DNA of 64,000 nt from Neophaeotheca triangularis (Eukaryota): assembly GCA_054600435.1 (NCBI GenBank), contig BAAIJX010000051.1:1-64000 (forward strand). The letters are read 5' to 3'. This document shows positions 48,066 through 58,696 of this stretch, one piece after another (the stretch's first letter is position 1; every line of letters begins with the position of its first letter). The notes beneath the pieces are model-generated. The model was not told where the DNA came from. It was given only the letters and a program-made list of their open reading frames with translations, and did no database searches. A program made the translations under genes and the position numbers.

Positions 48066-49075
48066 CTACCCCCTCAAAAGCTCCTTCATTTTCTCCCTCT
48101 CAACCTCCCTCCCCAAAAGCCATCCCACCCCTTCAATAGCCTCCACAACCACTCCCTCCGCCACTTCCCTCTCAGTCCCCGGCCACCAAAAGAAATGTCC
48201 ATGCGGCGCGCCACTCGAAATCTTACACCTCACAGCCGTCCCCGCCTCTTCCAACATCGCAGCATAAACCAACCCATCATCGCTCAGCGGGTCCAAACCA
48301 CTGACTTGCACAAAAGCCGGCGGAGGCCAGCTCTTCTGTCCCTCAGGGTCGATGAGACTCGGATGTGGGACCGCGTTCGAGAGCTCAGGAACCAGTGGGG
48401 AGCGCAGTGGGGAAGCGTTGTCCCATTGACTCAAATCTTCGAAAGCAAGGAGTTCACGGTTTCCCAAGAAGGAGTGGGGGAGTTCGGCATTCTGGGTTGC
48501 GGAAGTGTAGTCGGGGTGGATTCGAGCGGGGATTAGTGGTTCCGGCAGCAAGTTGGGGATCATCAAGTACTAGCCCGTGCGCTCGTGGCCCAGGAGGTGC
48601 GGTTCGCGGCGGCTTTTGAGGGTCAAGGTTGCAGCGAGCTGGCCGCCGGCGCTGCCGCCGCCGAGGATGAAACCGGATGTGAGGTCGGCGTGGAAGGGCG
48701 GCGAGGTTGCGCGTGCAGAAGCGCGTCCCAGGTGTTGAGCCAGGGCGTCGGGAAGCGGTGTTCGGGGGCGTGGCGGTAGGACGTTGTTACTACGACACAT
48801 TCGTAGAGGCGGACGAGGAGGCGGACGAGGAGGCGTGCGAATGGCGTGAATTGATGCATGCTGCCAGCTGCGAAGCCGCCGCCGTAGATGAACATGATTA
48901 GGGGCCTTTTGGTAGCCGGGGTTAGGTTCATTGGGCGGTGGATTTTGAGGGGCAGGGTGTGATTATCGCGGGTTTGGATGGTGTGGGTGCTCTCGTGGAT
49001 GCTTTACGGGTGCGTTGCGGAGGCGTCTAGGTTTGCTTCTTCGAGGGCTTACATTGGGCGTAATACATCGAAGAA
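48066..49075 (-). pseudogene. hormone-sensitive-lipase-type alpha/beta hydrolase (Abhydrolase_3) pseudogene
   Basis: Motifs IYGGGF, YRHAPEHRFP, GGSAGG, VSGLDPLSDDG and GAPHG are spread over several frames, with in-frame stops near 49050, 49005 and 48570 and a frameshift near 48715. Confidence 0.85.
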
Positions 49076-49231
49076 ATGGGAATCGTTAATCGTTGATAAG
49101 CTGGAGGACTTGCTTGTCAAGAATTACTTATGAGTTTTGTATCCGTATCTAGAGCTTGAGGGACCCTAGCAAGATACGGCTCCATCTTACTCGCTGCAAT
49201 CATCTCCCCGACTGTAGGAGCTCAAACCAGG

Positions 49232-49334
49232 CTGATACTGATACTGATACTGATACTGATACTGATACTGATATTGATATTGATATTGAGATTGAGATTG
49301 ATACTGATATTGATACTGATGTCGATACTGATAT
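49232..49334. repeat. compound hexanucleotide microsatellite (CTGATA)n/(TTGATA)n/(TTGAGA)n
   Basis: Seen directly. Confidence 0.9.
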
Positions 49335-50155
49335 CATCGGCACTCTCGTGAGCCGCCATTTTCGCGATTCTTTCAACTCACACCTCGTCTGTACCTGGGC
49401 AGATCCTTGGGCATGACTCAACAGGTTCTCCAGCGCTGTTCTGAGCCCTTTGTCATCGTCTTCTCATCATGGTAGAGGTAGAGAATGAGGTCGGCGTTCA
49501 AGCCAACCAACCTCCGATGCCGAATTTCAGCCGTGAATGCGGTTCCCGTAAGCGAGCGGCTCTACTGGAGTTGAGCAAGCTGAGGTCTCCACCTCCGCAA
49601 CGACGAGCGACCTCACTACCTACGGCTGCTTCTCGTATCGCGACCTCGCTCACTCCAGCAACACCACCAACCACTCGCCGACATCACCACCACTACTACG
49701 ACACCTGTTTATTACTGCTCCTCGCTCTTTTTGAGGACGCATAAACCTCTTCAATTGTGTGTACAGCCTTTTCTTTGCTTCTCCCGCGAGCCTGCCATGC
49801 TCGCTCAGCCTCCCTCGTCCTTCGCAATGCCTCCCCCCGCTCTCTCTTCCTCACTTCCACCTCTCCCACACTGCCCTTCTTTGTTCCAAACCTTCACTTG
49901 GCGCGTCTTTTGATCTTATCACTTGATTGCTGCTCTACCATTGTCACTTCAATTGCGCATTTCTAACCTCAGCCTCCATGGCAAACAGCACGCTTCGCAA
50001 CCTCCTTCTCTGACATTCAATCTGTCGCCGAAAACTTCACCACGCAACTGAATTGTTATCGGGCAAGCTCCCAGCGACCTTCAGCTGCTTGACCTGTTTG
50101 GCATGACAAGCATTTAACGAGTTCAGCAATACGTTGTCCTTCACAAGACCGCAAC

Positions 50156-52996
50156 ATGGACGGCTACGGAGATTACACCACCACGGCCTCGCGCCCAACT
50201 TTCCCACGTGCTTCCATCAGAGACCATGACGAATATCGTCAATCGACAGATGGGTATCGCGAGAGGAGAAGGTCACCAGCTGGTAAGAATACACGCGAAC
50301 ATGATGAGACCCTGCGAGTGGGCGAGGGGGCCAAGATCAGCCAGAACTCCAGGAAGAGAACTCCTCCACTAACAATTCACACCACAGGTCGCCGCCCTGT
50401 CGATACCCGCGACCGCAGACGTTCTCGCTCCCCAGATCGCATCGACCGCTACCAACCCGATCGCGTTCCTCGTGACGAATACCAAGACTCTCGCGACCGC
50501 AACGACTACCGCCGCGAGCGCCGCCGTTCATCACCTCAACCTCCAGGAGGCACAATCGACAGGTATGTTCCCGGTGATGGCGCCGCACCTCCACCGCTCC
50601 TCGCCAACCCGATTATGGACCCCTTGAAGATGGAGTTCCAGGTCGGTTTCACCTACTTTGCCGAGTGGTGGCGCCATGAGCAGCGCGTCAAGGAAGAGAA
50701 GGAGCGCCAGAAGAACAACCGTCCGTTACCTCGTGCAAAGAACGAACGCGAGCTCAAGGAGGAGCGTGAAGCGGAGAGGCCTCAAATCCAAGCCGCCTAT
50801 GACAAGTACAAAGAGACGTTGCAGAAGACTCAAGCTCAGACATTCGTGCGCGCGCACAAGAACGAAGACTGGTTCCGTGAGCGCTACGTCGATGAGGTTC
50901 GTGAGCCGTTCCGTGCAAATTTGAACGAGTACCGCCAAGGTCTCTACGCTCAGTTCGATGCAGATGTCGACAGCGGTCTGTTCGACGACTTCACTCTCGA
51001 AGGCATCTACAAGTCCGAATCTAACGGGTTGGGGGGAGTCTTGGAGAAGGAAGAGGGTGAGACGACGGCTGCTGCCGAAGTCTTGGGGGTTGGTGACTTG
51101 CTCCCGTCTCGTGGAGGCGATATTCGCGATCCTGCGGCTCAACAACCCACGCTTCTCATCAAGACCGTGGCCCCTACAGTCACTCGAGAGAAGTTCCAGA
51201 ACTTTGCGAAGGAGCATCTTGGTGAGGGCGAAGGTGGCTACCAACACCTGTCTCTGTCTGATCCTAATCCACTCAAAAGATGCCATCGCATAGGATGGAT
51301 CATTCTCAACCCCGAGTCTGAGGACACAATCATTCAGCAAGAGGTCGAAGACGAGAACGGCGAGATGGACGAGGGCAAAGAAGAAGGTGAGACCAATGGC
51401 AAGGATAAGCCTAGTGCTCCTCTCACCACCAGCGACAAAGCTTTGGGGAAGATCAACAGCAAGACAATCGAGGACACGGAGAGGGGTAACTTCACCGTGC
51501 ACTGCGGCGTTCACCGTCCACCGGATGCGCCCCGTAAAAAGGCTCTTTGGGATCTATTCTCCGCCCCCGAGCGAGTGGAGCGCGATCTGGAGCTTGCCCA
51601 ACGTCTTATTCAGAAGATGGACGAAGATTCTGGCTTTGAGGGATTGACCAAAATCAATGATCGTGTCGCCGACCTTGCAGCTAGGGGCTACCTTCAACCC
51701 GTGATTCCACCAAAGCCACAGCGTGATCCTGAGGAAATGGATGATCGCGAAGAAGGCGAGGAGGAGGAAGGCATGATCGAGGAAGAGGACGAGACAGACG
51801 ATGAAGAGCTCATCATTAAGAAAAAGAAGCTCGACTTGATGGTGGAGTACTTGCGCCGAGTCTACAACTTCTGCTTCTTCTGTGTCTTCGAGTCCGACTC
51901 TGTCCACGAGCTTCAGCGCAAGTGTCCTGGAGGTCATCTGCGTCGGCCCCGTGCTTCGCTCACTTCGGCTGCCAAGGAGACCGCACGCGCATCAGCGCAA
52001 GGCGAGCCATTCCCGCTCAAGCGCAAGCCTGATGGCAATCGTGAGGCTGAGGATGGTGAGGTCGAGATGGGCTCGCCTGTCGAGGAGAAGAAGTTTGCAC
52101 GTCCCGGTGGTAGAAACGCACAGCAGCTCCAGCGCGCCTACAACTGGGTCAAGACGTACGAAGATAAGATTCTCCAGATTCTCGAGCCGGAGAATGTAAA
52201 CATCAAGAAGATCGGTGGTATCCCACTCGAGGAGGGCTTGTCTGATGAATTGAGCAAAGTAGGTTTCAACGAAGAAGCGGGCACCACCCCAACGCGATCG
52301 CTAACCCACCAACAGTACCTCAAGCAAGAAGATATCAACAAGTACCGCTGCAAAGTCCCCGAATGCACCAAACTTTTCAAAGCCGAAGAGTTTTGGCGCA
52401 AGCACGTCGAAAAGCGCCATCCGGAGTGGTACGCCAAGATCCGCGACGACGTTGAACTCGTCAACACCTACGTGCTCGACCCCGCGCACATCGCGCCCTC
52501 CCGCTCCGACGCCAACAGCAACGGCCACTTCCCGCTCTCCAACCATGGCGGGGCTCCCATGGGCACCCCTCGCGGTTTCAACCTCGCCCACCACCAAATG
52601 CCAATGGGCTTCCCCAACATGTCCGGAAATCCCATGACACCCATGGGTTTCGTCCCCGCCGGCGTACCCATGGGCTGGGGCCCACCAGGCTCCGCGACCA
52701 ACCCCCTCCCCGGCCAACCTGGCGCAGGTGGTGTCGGCCCCATGCGCTCCAACAACCGCGGCGGCAACGGCTACCGCATGCCAGGTCCCTACGCGCGCCC
52801 CGATGGTCGCGGTCGCTTGCCCTCAACGTCCGGTAACGGCCGCCCTACCATGTCCCTTTCGACCGGGTTCGGCGGTCTCGATGGCGGCGGCGCCCAAGCC
52901 ATGGGCCCTCGCGAAGCTGTCCAAGGCCGTACGATGCGCAGCTACGAGGATCTGGACGCTGATAAGGGTGATTCTACTACTGCGCTTGATTATTGA
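50156..52996 (+). CDS. ARS2: SERRATE/Ars2 (Pir2) cap-binding-complex adaptor
   Basis: RS-rich N-terminus, IDRYVPG, QVGFTYFAEWW, HKNEDWFRERY, LDLMVEYLRRVYNFCFFC and C2H2 finger CKVPECTKLFKAEEFWRKHVEKRH. Ends RSYEDLD...LDY. Introns 50283-50387 and 52259-52315. Confidence 0.93.
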   Translation: MDGYGDYTTTASRPTFPRASIRDHDEYRQSTDGYRERRRSPAGKNTREHDETLRVGEGAKISQNSRKRTPPLTIHTTGRRPVDTRDRRRSRSPDRIDRYQPDRVPRDEYQDSRDRNDYRRERRRSSPQPPGGTIDRYVPGDGAAPPPLLANPIMDPLKMEFQVGFTYFAEWWRHEQRVKEEKERQKNNRPLPRAKNERELKEEREAERPQIQAAYDKYKETLQKTQAQTFVRAHKNEDWFRERYVDEVREPFRANLNEYRQGLYAQFDADVDSGLFDDFTLEGIYKSESNGLGGVLEKEEGETTAAAEVLGVGDLLPSRGGDIRDPAAQQPTLLIKTVAPTVTREKFQNFAKEHLGEGEGGYQHLSLSDPNPLKRCHRIGWIILNPESEDTIIQQEVEDENGEMDEGKEEGETNGKDKPSAPLTTSDKALGKINSKTIEDTERGNFTVHCGVHRPPDAPRKKALWDLFSAPERVERDLELAQRLIQKMDEDSGFEGLTKINDRVADLAARGYLQPVIPPKPQRDPEEMDDREEGEEEEGMIEEEDETDDEELIIKKKKLDLMVEYLRRVYNFCFFCVFESDSVHELQRKCPGGHLRRPRASLTSAAKETARASAQGEPFPLKRKPDGNREAEDGEVEMGSPVEEKKFARPGGRNAQQLQRAYNWVKTYEDKILQILEPENVNIKKIGGIPLEEGLSDELSKVGFNEEAGTTPTRSLTHQQYLKQEDINKYRCKVPECTKLFKAEEFWRKHVEKRHPEWYAKIRDDVELVNTYVLDPAHIAPSRSDANSNGHFPLSNHGGAPMGTPRGFNLAHHQMPMGFPNMSGNPMTPMGFVPAGVPMGWGPPGSATNPLPGQPGAGGVGPMRSNNRGGNGYRMPGPYARPDGRGRLPSTSGNGRPTMSLSTGFGGLDGGGAQAMGPREAVQGRTMRSYEDLDADKGDSTTALDY

Positions 52997-53683
52997 GCTC
53001 GATCTCCTTTCCTCAAAGGGGGGTATGGGTTCGATCATGATGCTTTGTGGTTGTTGGTTTGACGAGTGAATTCACTGACGTGGTCGTGTTTTATTTGCAA
53101 GGGAGAAGCTTCTTTCGAGATTACCGCGGAGGATGTGTGTTGTTCACACGGGTGAGGGTCTCGGTAGGAACTGGCGTGAGGGCTTTTGCTTCTGATGTCG
53201 ATGGGGCTTTCATTGGTTGGGCACGGGTACTTTTTGGCGTTGAGATAGTTGAAACGAGAGATACTAGAAGATGAGAATGTGTATACTGCTCGAAAATCAT
53301 TTCAAATGGCTTTGCGTTATCTTTGAACTCGCCGAATATCTTTTTCGTATGGTCAATAGTCGGAAGTGCAAATACTCTACGTCTTGAGATCGGCTGACCG
53401 ACCTCCAGGGAATCTTCAGCAATTTGTTTCACGGCACCTGTCAAATTAGCTATCTGCTCGATGAGTGGGCACTTTTACTGCCTCGTGTCACCTCACTGGA
53501 TAACTTAGTTAACTAAGTTAATAACCACAACTTATGCAAGCACACTCGCTTAACTAGGTAACTTTCAAGGTTAGGTACCTACCTACCTTATTCAGGATTT
53601 CCTCTGCCCCAACAGAGTCGACTTCAACATCCTCGCCCGACATTCAACACTTTCCTAGGCCAGTTCAAACCGCCCATCCCATC

Positions 53684-55358
53684 ATGAACCTCCTGGATAT
53701 ACCCGAAGAGCTGATCAGCTCTATTCTCTTCCACCTACGCCCTCCCTTCTATGATCCAGCTCCAAATCGAGCCCCAGAAGTCAGCCCATCGATGCCAAAT
53801 CTCATCAACGTTGCACTCACAAGCAAGACCTTGAAGCGCCTTGTCGAGCCTGTGCTCTATTGGAAGCTAGGAAAGGAGGTTTGCCGGCCATCTGGACTGC
53901 GCAAAGTCCTAGCAAACCTGCTACGTCGGCCTGAACTGGGCAGAGCTGTTAGGATCATCCGAGTGCAAATTCACGATGATTTCTTCATGGGCGGCTTCAT
54001 CAGTAAGAATTCAGAGGCCCCGATGCTATCTGCGCGACAAGTCTCGCGTGCTCCCCCACTCGGACTGTCGCCCGAGCTGGCAACCGAAGTGAAGTCTGCA
54101 GTAATACGGGAAGGCGATGAGGAAGCAGAGATGACGCTTCTAATGGCCTTGTGCCCCAACCTCCAAGTCTTGGACTTTGACTTCTTGTGTCAAGACGACA
54201 TGCAGCAGAATTTTCCATGGCGCTTCTTTGATGAAATTTGCACCGCTCATGCAATGTGTGAAGCCGGAGACAAGAGCGAGCTACTGGAAAACCTTGAGCG
54301 GCGTGATTTGTACTTTCGGAAACCTGAAAGATGTCCGCGCGCAGTTCAGTGGTCCTATAGAGCCAGGGGACACAGAAATGTCTGTTTATCACCCTCTGCT
54401 GCGGTTGCCTGCTCTGAAACGTTTTCGTACTAGCTGGGCTGACCACACAGACGACTTCTTTGGGCACCGCGACTTCGGGCTCGAGGAATTAGTCATGGAC
54501 GTCACTATGATCAAGGTCTCAAGACTAGAGGGTATCCTCACATCTTTCCCAGCATTGAGGAAACTCGAGATTCGCTGGGACGTTGAACAAGGCTTGGACG
54601 CTATCGAGTACCCACTTTTGGGCGACCTGGTGCGAAAGCATTGTACCAAACTCGAAGACCTAACGCTAACCTTCGACATGAACGACGAGTTCGTATGGAA
54701 GGGAGCGGAGACACTGGGCGATCTCAAGGCACTCACTGGTTTGCGCCGACTCATAAACGTCGAGACTGCTCTCGTCGACAAAGAGGCAGAAGTCTACGAC
54801 GTGCGCCCTGGCGGCGAGGTTCCCAATCGAGCACCGTTGGTCGAGAAACTCCCCACCACCCTCGAATCCCTGGTCTTGTTCGCTTGCCGCGATGGCGAGG
54901 AAACCGACGGCGAGCTCGACACCTACCTCGACGACCAAATCACGGAATTGATCCGCGACCCGCGCTTCACGCGCCTCCGGCACGTCGCTCTCGAGCGCAA
55001 CCGCGGTTACGAGTGGGAAGACGAAGACGCCTGCATGGTCGAGGAAAGCGCCGAGCAATTTGCCCTCGTGCTACCGATCGACTGGCAGATCGAGAAGTAC
55101 AGGATCGACAAGGACGAAGATCTCACTTTCTTTCGGCTCGTCTTAACGAAGAAGGGGCACGAAGCGGAGCTGGAGCGCGCGGAGCAGGAGGGTTATGTGA
55201 GAATGGAGCAGTATGAGGGTAGGACGGGGGATATGAGAGTCGGCATGCCGCGGGATCCTAATGGGAATGTGATTTATGAGTTTAGTGATGAGGATGATGA
55301 TGTCAATATCGATGAGGACGAGGACGAGGACGAGGATGAGGATGATGGCCTCCCTTGA
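53684..55358 (+). pseudogene. F-box-like / LRR-like paralog C, interrupted by one frameshift (pseudogene or sequencing error)
   Basis: ORFs 53684-54433 and 54177-55358 together align end to end with 29406-31046. Removing one A from the run at 54288-54291 gives a continuous ELLETLSGVICTFGNL reading. Confidence 0.75.
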
Positions 55359-55835
55359 CCGAATCGTTTGGTGTCGAACGGAGCCTAGAGTTTATTGCAA
55401 GGTACCGAGACATCTGATCCACCGCTCGGCACACTTTGTATTCGAAGCTGATGTCTCGACAAGCGTTGATGAGATTGTTCCCATGGTTCGGGTCTTCCAC
55501 TCTAGCACAACACAAGCCCCTTTCCCTACCATACCCTAACCCTTACCCTGCGAAGTCGCGAGCTCGCTCACGGCAGAAATCCGGCATCGGGGTTGGTTCA
55601 ATCGAACGCCGACGTCTGATGACATAACAACTTTGAATGGGATAGGTAGTAGTCAGCATCCGAGGTCGCCGAGTCATACGTTTGCCGTCGTTGGAACCTC
55701 ACGCAAGCAATCAGGCCACCGACCATCCATATGTAACTTCCAGAACCAGATCTCAGCCAACCCCTCTTGTCGCAAACGAACACCACCAGTCAAATATCGC
55801 ACCTAGCCCACGACTTCCCTTCACCAACATCAAAC

Positions 55836-56476
55836 ATGACCTCCCATATCCCCTCCCTAACCCTCCCCAATGCCCTCTTTTCCAACGCGGCCGCCTCAAT
55901 CCTCGTCCCCATTGCAGCAGGTACAGCCATAGGCTTCGCCACGCGGCCCTCGGAGACCCAAAACACGTACATGCAACTCCGGCAACCACCTCTACGCCCC
56001 CCGCCCTGGGTCTTCGGCCCCGCCTGGACGACGCTGTACGGGTTGATGGGGTACGCGGCGCACCGCGCCTACGCAGCGGCAGCGGCGAGCCCGGACCCAA
56101 GGGCATGGGGGCTGTTCCAAGTGAGTTTTGTCCCGCCGTGAGGGGGATCATTGCTGTTTTGACTTTTTGGGATGGCGTTTGTTGATGATTGTGTTTTGAT
56201 TAGCACGGCGCGACGCTCTACACGCTTCAACTCGGCCTGAACCTCATCTGGATGCCGTTGTTCTTCGGTTACAGGCGGCCGGTTGCGGCGACGGTGGATA
56301 TTTTGGCGCTGACGGGGACGGTCTCGTATCTGGCGCATGTTTGGGGACAGGTTGATGAGGTTGCCGGGTGGTGTTTGGCGCCTTATCTTGGTTGGTTGGG
56401 GTTTGCGACTTATCTTTGTGTTGGGGTTGGGTATTTGAATGGCTGGGAGCTTGGCGGGAAGGCAAAGGCGAAGTAG
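55836..56476 (+). CDS. TSPO: TspO/MBR translocator protein
   Basis: Motifs LRQPPLRPPPWVFGPAWTTLYGLMGYAAHR, YTLQLGLNLIWMPLFF and LAPYLGWLGFATYL. Intron 56121-56203. Confidence 0.93.
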
Positions 56477-57252
56477 GTATAAGGGATTAGGGGGGGAGGG
56501 TAATGTTTGGAGACCAGGTGCAACTGCACTCTCACGCTCATGGTGATGTGGGGATTTGGACTATGGTAAGATATGCTATCCTAGTAATCAAGCGCAAATC
56601 TCCATGACGGGCGTCCATACGACATGACACTCGATACCGGCGTCTCGATCGTTTTACAAGCGGCCGAAAGCCGTGCACTGGTTGCCGGCGGTGCTAGAGA
56701 CACGATACCAAAGGCAGAAATAATTTCGGTACCTGACTCTTCGATATACAGCACGCCGCGTCATTTGCGGCCCTGAGAGATGGCGGAAAACTGAGCATTT
56801 GGTATACATGTCTGCCAAGAAAGTAAGTACTCGGGCACCTAATAAGCTATCGGACGGACTCCTTATCCCTCGTGTTGCAACTGGACAAGAAGAGCAAATA
56901 CTGGACCTGCCACGACCCGCGAAGCTTCGGCTTTGCTTCGCCCGAAGCTCTTTGAGCTATACTTTGAGACTGCATATAAAGTATCGGGAACCCTCGTTTT
57001 CCTCCACTATCCCCGCTGACGATCCTCAATCACTTCCACCAATACGAACTTGTTTGAAGGGGCCGGAAGAGTTTCAGAGCATGCGACGACCGGCCAAGAG
57101 CAAGACTGGCTTCTACAAGTCGTCCGGGTTTTCAAGTCTTCGGTTAGGTGGAGATTGATATCACGCGACTGAGCAGACGTATAAGAAAGCTCCCATTTTA
57201 CTGATGGCTCCGTTCTTTCCAATCCCCTCGACACTGCACGTCTATGGAAAGG

Positions 57253-58696
57253 ATGTATCTAAGCACTCTCAGCACGGCAGCCTTCGCGGCGGGAAGCCTC
57301 CCCTTTCTGGCATCAGCCGTCACTTTCTACCCCAAAATCAACATGACCGACACCAACGGCGACGCTATCCAAGCCCACGGCGGCGCCATCCTACGCTCCG
57401 CCAGCTCTGGCAATAGCGACTGGTATTGGTTCGGCGAAGACAAGACCGACGACCGTAACACTTTCCAAGGCGTCAACTGCTACCGGTCGCCCGACATGGC
57501 TAATTGGGAACGCGTGGGCCACGCTCTGGAGCCAGTCGAGGGCACTGGCATCTCCAGCGATCGTGTTGTCGAACGACCGAAAGTTGTCTACAATGACAAG
57601 AACGATGAGTATGTCATGTGGTTTCATGCAGATAGTAAGGACTATGGAGCCGCGGAGGTCGGCGTTGCCACGAGTAAGACGGTCGATGGGCAGTATGAGT
57701 GGAAGACGAATTGGAAGCCTTTTGGTAATGACAGGTAAGTGTTACGTCTGGCGGTACAATATCTCGGGCCCATACTAACTATCACGCAGCCGAGACATGA
57801 CCGTCTGGAAAGACGAGGACGACGGAACAGCATACCTGATCTTCGCCACCAGCAACAACGCCGACTTCCAGATCGCAAAACTCAACGACGACTACTACAA
57901 CCATTCCGAACCCCTCTCCATCTTCCGCGACACATACTGGGAAGCGCCGGGTGTTTTCAAAATCGACAACCTCTTCCACGTCCTCTTCTCCCGCCAAGAC
58001 GGCTGGACACCGACCGACAATTTCTACATCACCTCCCCCTCCATGAGCGGCCCGTGGTCCGAAGAAACCGACCTGGCACCGGAAGGCACGTACGCCTACC
58101 TCACGCAAAACGCCTACGACATCGTCATCAACGGCTCCGAGCGCACCACGTACTTATACCTCGGCGACCACTGGAGCGGCAACGCCCTCAGCTCGTCGAC
58201 TTACAGCTTCCTGCCCGTCCAACACAACGGCTCGGCACTGTCGCTGCACAGCACGGGCGCTTGGACGCTAGACGTCGAGACCGGTGATTGGGAAGACCTG
58301 GCGTTCGAGCGAACCACGGCCGCGGACTCGCGGACAGACGAGACCGCTCTCGTTCCCTGCGAGGACGGCTGCCAAGGCGGGCTCGCGGCGAATATGACCG
58401 ACGAGGCGGGTTTCGCTTTCACGTACGCGGGTGCTTCTGGGAGGAAAGTGCTCGGGATCGAGTATGTGTACGATGGGCCTAAGAATGCTTTCAAGCATGT
58501 CGGGGTTGAGGTTAATGGTGAGGTTGCGCGTGGGAATGCTTTGCTCGAGACGACGAGGGGGAGGGGCTTTGCGCAGGAGGCGCCGTTTCCTGTTTCTGGG
58601 TTGGGGGAGGGGGATGAGGTGGTTTTGCGGTTGTTGGATTTTGACGGGGATGTGCTGTGGGTTACGGGGGTGAAGGTTTATGAGGACTTGAGGTAG
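57253..58696 (+). CDS. secreted glycoside hydrolase family 43 (GH43_24 exo-beta-1,3-galactanase-like) with a C-terminal beta-sandwich/CBM-like region
   Basis: Signal peptide. Motifs IQAHGG, YWFGEDK, VVERPKVVYN, MWFHAD, SRDMTVW, EAPG and YLGDHW. Intron 57735-57789. Alternative ATG at 57244. Confidence 0.88.

Noticed and set aside
49156..49421. ORFs encoding (DT)n/(DI)n or (SV)n
   Set aside because: Translations of a hexanucleotide microsatellite.
55616..55700. CTGATGA as a possible hammerhead ribozyme or snoRNA core
   Set aside because: No matching GAAA core with flanking stems, and no convincing C/D box pair.
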